A DNA stretch of 64,000 nt from Malacoraja senta (Eukaryota): positions 86,614,001 to 86,678,000 of the forward strand of contig CM075979.1 of assembly GCA_038087875.1 (NCBI GenBank). Direction: 5' to 3'. Of this stretch, positions 60,753 to 64,000 are shown one piece after another. A program made the position numbers and the translations under genes. Position 1 is the stretch's first letter. Each line of letters starts with the position of its first letter. The notes under the pieces were generated by a model that searched no databases, had not been told where the DNA came from, and worked only from the letters and a program-made list of their open reading frames with translations.

Positions 60753-62369
60753 CAGTGGCTTGCAAAAGTATTCATACCCCTTGAACTTTTCCACATTTTG
60801 TCATGTTACAACCACAAACGTACATGTATTTTATTGGGATTTTATGTGATAGACCAACACAAAGTGGCGCATAATTGTGAAGTGGAAGGAAAATGATACA
60901 TGGTTTTCAAATTTTTTTACAAATAAAAAACTGAAAAGTGTCGCGTGCAAAAGTATTCAGCCCTCCTGAGTCAATACTTCGTAGAACCACCTTTCGCTGC
61001 AATTACAGCTGCATGTCTTTTGGGGTATGTCTCTACCAGCTTTGCACATCTAGAGACTGACATTTTTGCCCATTCTTCTTTGCAATATAGCTCAAGCTCA
61101 GTCAGATTGGATGGAGAGCGTCTGTGAACAGCAATTTTCAAGTCTTGCCAGAGATTCTCAATTGGATTTAGGTCTTGACTTTGACTGGGCCATTCTAACA
61201 CATTAATATGCTTTGATCTAAACCATTCCATTGTAGCTCTGGCTGTATGTTTAGGGTCGTTGTCCTGCTGGAAGGTGAACCTCCGCCCCAGTCTCAAGTC
61301 TTTTGCAGACTCTAACAGGTTTTCTTCCAAGATTGCCCTGTATTTGGCTCCATCCATCTTCCCATCAACTCTGACCAGCTTCCTTGTCCCTGCTGAAGAA
61401 AAGCATCCCCACAGCATGATGCTGCCACCACCATGTTTCGCACTGGGGATGGTGTGTTCAGGGTGATGTGCAGTGTTAGGTTTCCGCCACACATAGCGTT
61501 TTGCATTTAGACCAAAAACTTCAATTTTGGTCTCATCTGACCAGAGCACCTTCCTCCACATGTTTGCTGTGTCCCCCACATGGCTTGTGGCAAACTGCAA
61601 ACGGGACTTCTTATGGCTTTTTTTCAACAATGGCTTTCTTCTTGCCACTCTTCCATAAAGGCCCGATTTGTGGAGTGCACGACTAATAGTTGTCCTGTGG
61701 ACAGATTCTCCCACCTGAGCTGTGGATCTCTGCAGCTCCTCCAGAGTTACCATGGGCCTCTTGGCTGCTTCTCTGATCAATGCTCTCCTTGCCCGGCCTG
61801 TCAGTTTAGGTGGACGGCCATGTCTTGGTAGGTTTGCAGTTGTGCCATACTCTTTTCATTTTCGGATGATGGATTGAACAGTGCTCCGTGAGATGTTCAA
61901 AGCTTGGGATATCTTTTTATAACCTAACCCTGCTTTAAACTTCTCCACAACTTTATCCCTGACCTGTCTGGTGTGCTCCTTGGGCTTCATGATGCTGTTT
62001 GTTCACTAATGTTCTCTAACAAACCTCTGAGGCCTTCACAGAACAGCTGTATTTATACTGAGATTAGATTACACACAAGTGGACTCTATTTACTAATTAG
62101 GTGACTTCTGAAGGCAATTGGTTGCACTGGATTCTATTTAGGCGTATCAGAGTAAAGGGGGCTGAATACTTTTGCACGCAACACTTTTCAGTTTTTTATT
62201 TGTAAAAAAATTTGAAAACCATGTATCATTTTCCTTCCACTTCACAATTATGCGCCACTTTGTGTTGGTCTATCACATAAAATCCCAATAAAATACATTT
62301 ACGTTTGTGGTTGTAACGTGACAAAATGTGGAAAAGTTCAAGGGGTATGAATACTTTTGCAAGCCACTG
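60753..62369 (-). mobile_element. Passport-like Tc1 element (inner copy)
   Basis: Full TIRs; TA duplicated at 60751-60752 and 62370-62371; 1617 bp. Confidence 0.97.
60971..61990 (-). pseudogene. DD34E transposase of inner copy, single nonsense (W45*)
   Basis: ATG at 61990-61988; 340 codons; TGG>TGA at 61858-61856; otherwise open. Confidence 0.95.
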
Positions 62370-63409
62370 TATGTGTGGCGGAAACCTAACACTACACATC
62401 ACCCTGAACACACCATCCCCACTGTGAAACATGGTGGTGGCAGCATCATGCTGTGGGGATGCTTTTCTTTAGCAGGGACAGGGTAGCTGGTCAGAGTTGA
62501 TGGGAAGATGGATGGAGCCAAATACAGGGCAATCTTGGAAGAAAACCTGTTAGAGTCTGCAAAAGACTTGAGACTGGGGCGGAGGTTCACCTTCCAGCAG
62601 GACAACAACCCTAAACATACAGCCAGAGCTACAATGGAATGGTTCAGATCAAAGCATATTCATGTGTTAGAATGGCCCAGTCAAAGTCCAGACCTAAATC
62701 CAATTGAGAATCTCTGGCAAGACTTGGAAATTGCTGTTCACAGACGCTCTCCATCCAATCAGACTGAGCTTGAGCTATTTTGCAAAGAAGAATGGGCAAA
62801 AATTTCAGTCTCTAGATGTGCAAAGCTGGTAGAGACATACCCCAAATGACTTGCAGCTGTAATTGCAGCGAAAGGTGGTTCTACAAAGTATTGACTCAGG
62901 GGGGCTGAATACTTTTGCACGCCACACTTTTCAGTTTTTTATTTGTAAAAAAATTTGAAAAACATGTATCATTTTCCTTCCACTTCACAATTATGCACCA
63001 CTTTGTGTTGGTCTATCACATAAAATCCCAATAAAATACATTTACGTTTGTGGTTGTAACGTGACTAAATGTGGAAAAGTTCAAGGGGTATGAAAACTTT
63101 TGCAAGCCACTGTATGTGCGCAGAGAAGACCTTCCACAATTGGCACTATATCATTTGCAAGTTTTTGACACTGGTATTTATTCGCCATGTGTTATCAAAA
63201 AATAAGTCTTTTAAGGCACCTTCTTCAATCATGGATTCAAGAATTACACTGTTGATATAGCTTTGAAGTGGATGTTTCAAAGATTAATTCTTCATTTCAG
63301 TTTGGGGAATTTTAAGAATAGAAAATTGTTTTTGTTCCGTTGGCTTTCTTTGCTGTGCTAGTAGAAAAGATGTTCGGTAATGATGCAAAGCAGGGCTCCG
63401 CTTCATTAT

Positions 63410-63500
63410 AGAAACAAAGTGCTGAAAATACTCAGCAGGTCAGGCTGCATCTGTGGAAAGAAGAACAGCATTAATGTTTCACAGCAAAACCCATCATCAA
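63410..63500 (-). mobile_element. Old PLE-derived fragment
   Basis: aaagtgctgaaaatactcagcaggtcaggctgcatctgtggaaag. Confidence 0.55.
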
Positions 63501-63745
63501 TTCTCTTGTGAGCTAACGTCATCCCAAACGGTTTGTCAGATGTTTTTTTTATTGCAGTTAGCAACCTAAAATGCAAATTTATAAAACGGCAGATAACAGA
63601 AATCTGAAACCAGATGTTTCTGCTTTTGTTATTCTGTTATTCTATTAATCACAAGAGCCCAGAGGAAAATTAGAGTGGCAATTTAGTCACTAAAGTGATT
63701 GGAAATCCCCATTCAGGAGAAGCTCAAAATATCTTCTTGGGATCA

Positions 63746-63840
63746 GTCTGAAGAAGGGTCTCGACCCAAAATGTCGCCCATTCCTTCTCTCCATAGATGC
63801 TGCCTCACCCGCTGAGTTACTCCAGCATTTTGTGTCTACC
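63746..63840 (+). mobile_element. 95-bp PLE-derived element with 15-bp TSD
   Basis: atcttcttgggatca at 63731-63745 and 63841-63855; starts gtctgaagaagggtctcgaccc. Confidence 0.9.
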
Positions 63841-64000
63841 ATCTTCTTGGGATCAACTAAATGTATAATATGCTTGATTCATCACAATTTGCTTCCTCTG
63901 CATTACCTTGGCCACATACCCTGTATCGTCATCTTTGCGAAGTCATTTATTTTGCATTGACTCCATGTAAGGAATTGAGCAATATGACTTTAAACTTTCT

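Larger units (their letters stand above)
60256..62894 (+). pseudogene. DD34E transposase of outer copy (60256-60752 + 62372-62894)
   Basis: MKPKEHTRQVRDKVVEK..NAKRY|VWRKPN..KGGSTKY; 1020 nt when joined; nonsense codons at 62484-62486 and 62847-62849. Confidence 0.95.
59877..63112 (+). mobile_element. Passport-like Tc1 element (outer copy), interrupted by a same-family copy
   Basis: TIRs CAGTGGCTTGCAAAAG; TA at 59875-59876 and 63113-63114; 1617 bp after removing the insert and one TA. Confidence 0.97.

Noticed and set aside
60256-60849. 197-aa ORF as an intact gene
   Set aside because: It is the N-terminal half of the outer transposase reading into the inner element's TIR; expression as a truncated DNA-binding repressor is conceivable but unsupported

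Overview
Eukaryotic, AT-rich, repeat-dense non-coding DNA. The repeat set (CR1 LINE pieces, V-SINE/HE1-type SINEs, a DeuSINE/SacSINE1-like relic, Penelope-derived short repeats) suggests a cartilaginous fish, possibly a skate (inference). No host protein-coding gene is securely identifiable; the only candidate is a weak signal-peptide exon near 1.9 kb on the minus strand. The long ORFs are transposon-derived. There are three young, near-identical Passport-like DD34E Tc1 elements: one sits in the 3' tail of a Vingi-like LINE, and two are nested one inside the other in opposite orientation at 59.9-63.1 kb. There is also a second, degraded Tc1 family carrying a retro-insertion, a non-autonomous Helitron, a Tigger-type MITE and a 34-bp minisatellite. 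The most interesting signals are RNA-level. (i) A 167-bp TSD-flanked retroelement (18731-18897) begins with a 52-nt minimal HDV-like pseudoknot closely resembling the CPEB3 ribozyme. (ii) A dispersed family of Penelope-derived elements, several only ~95-125 bp and with clean 7-15 bp TSDs, begins at a minimal hammerhead ribozyme core.
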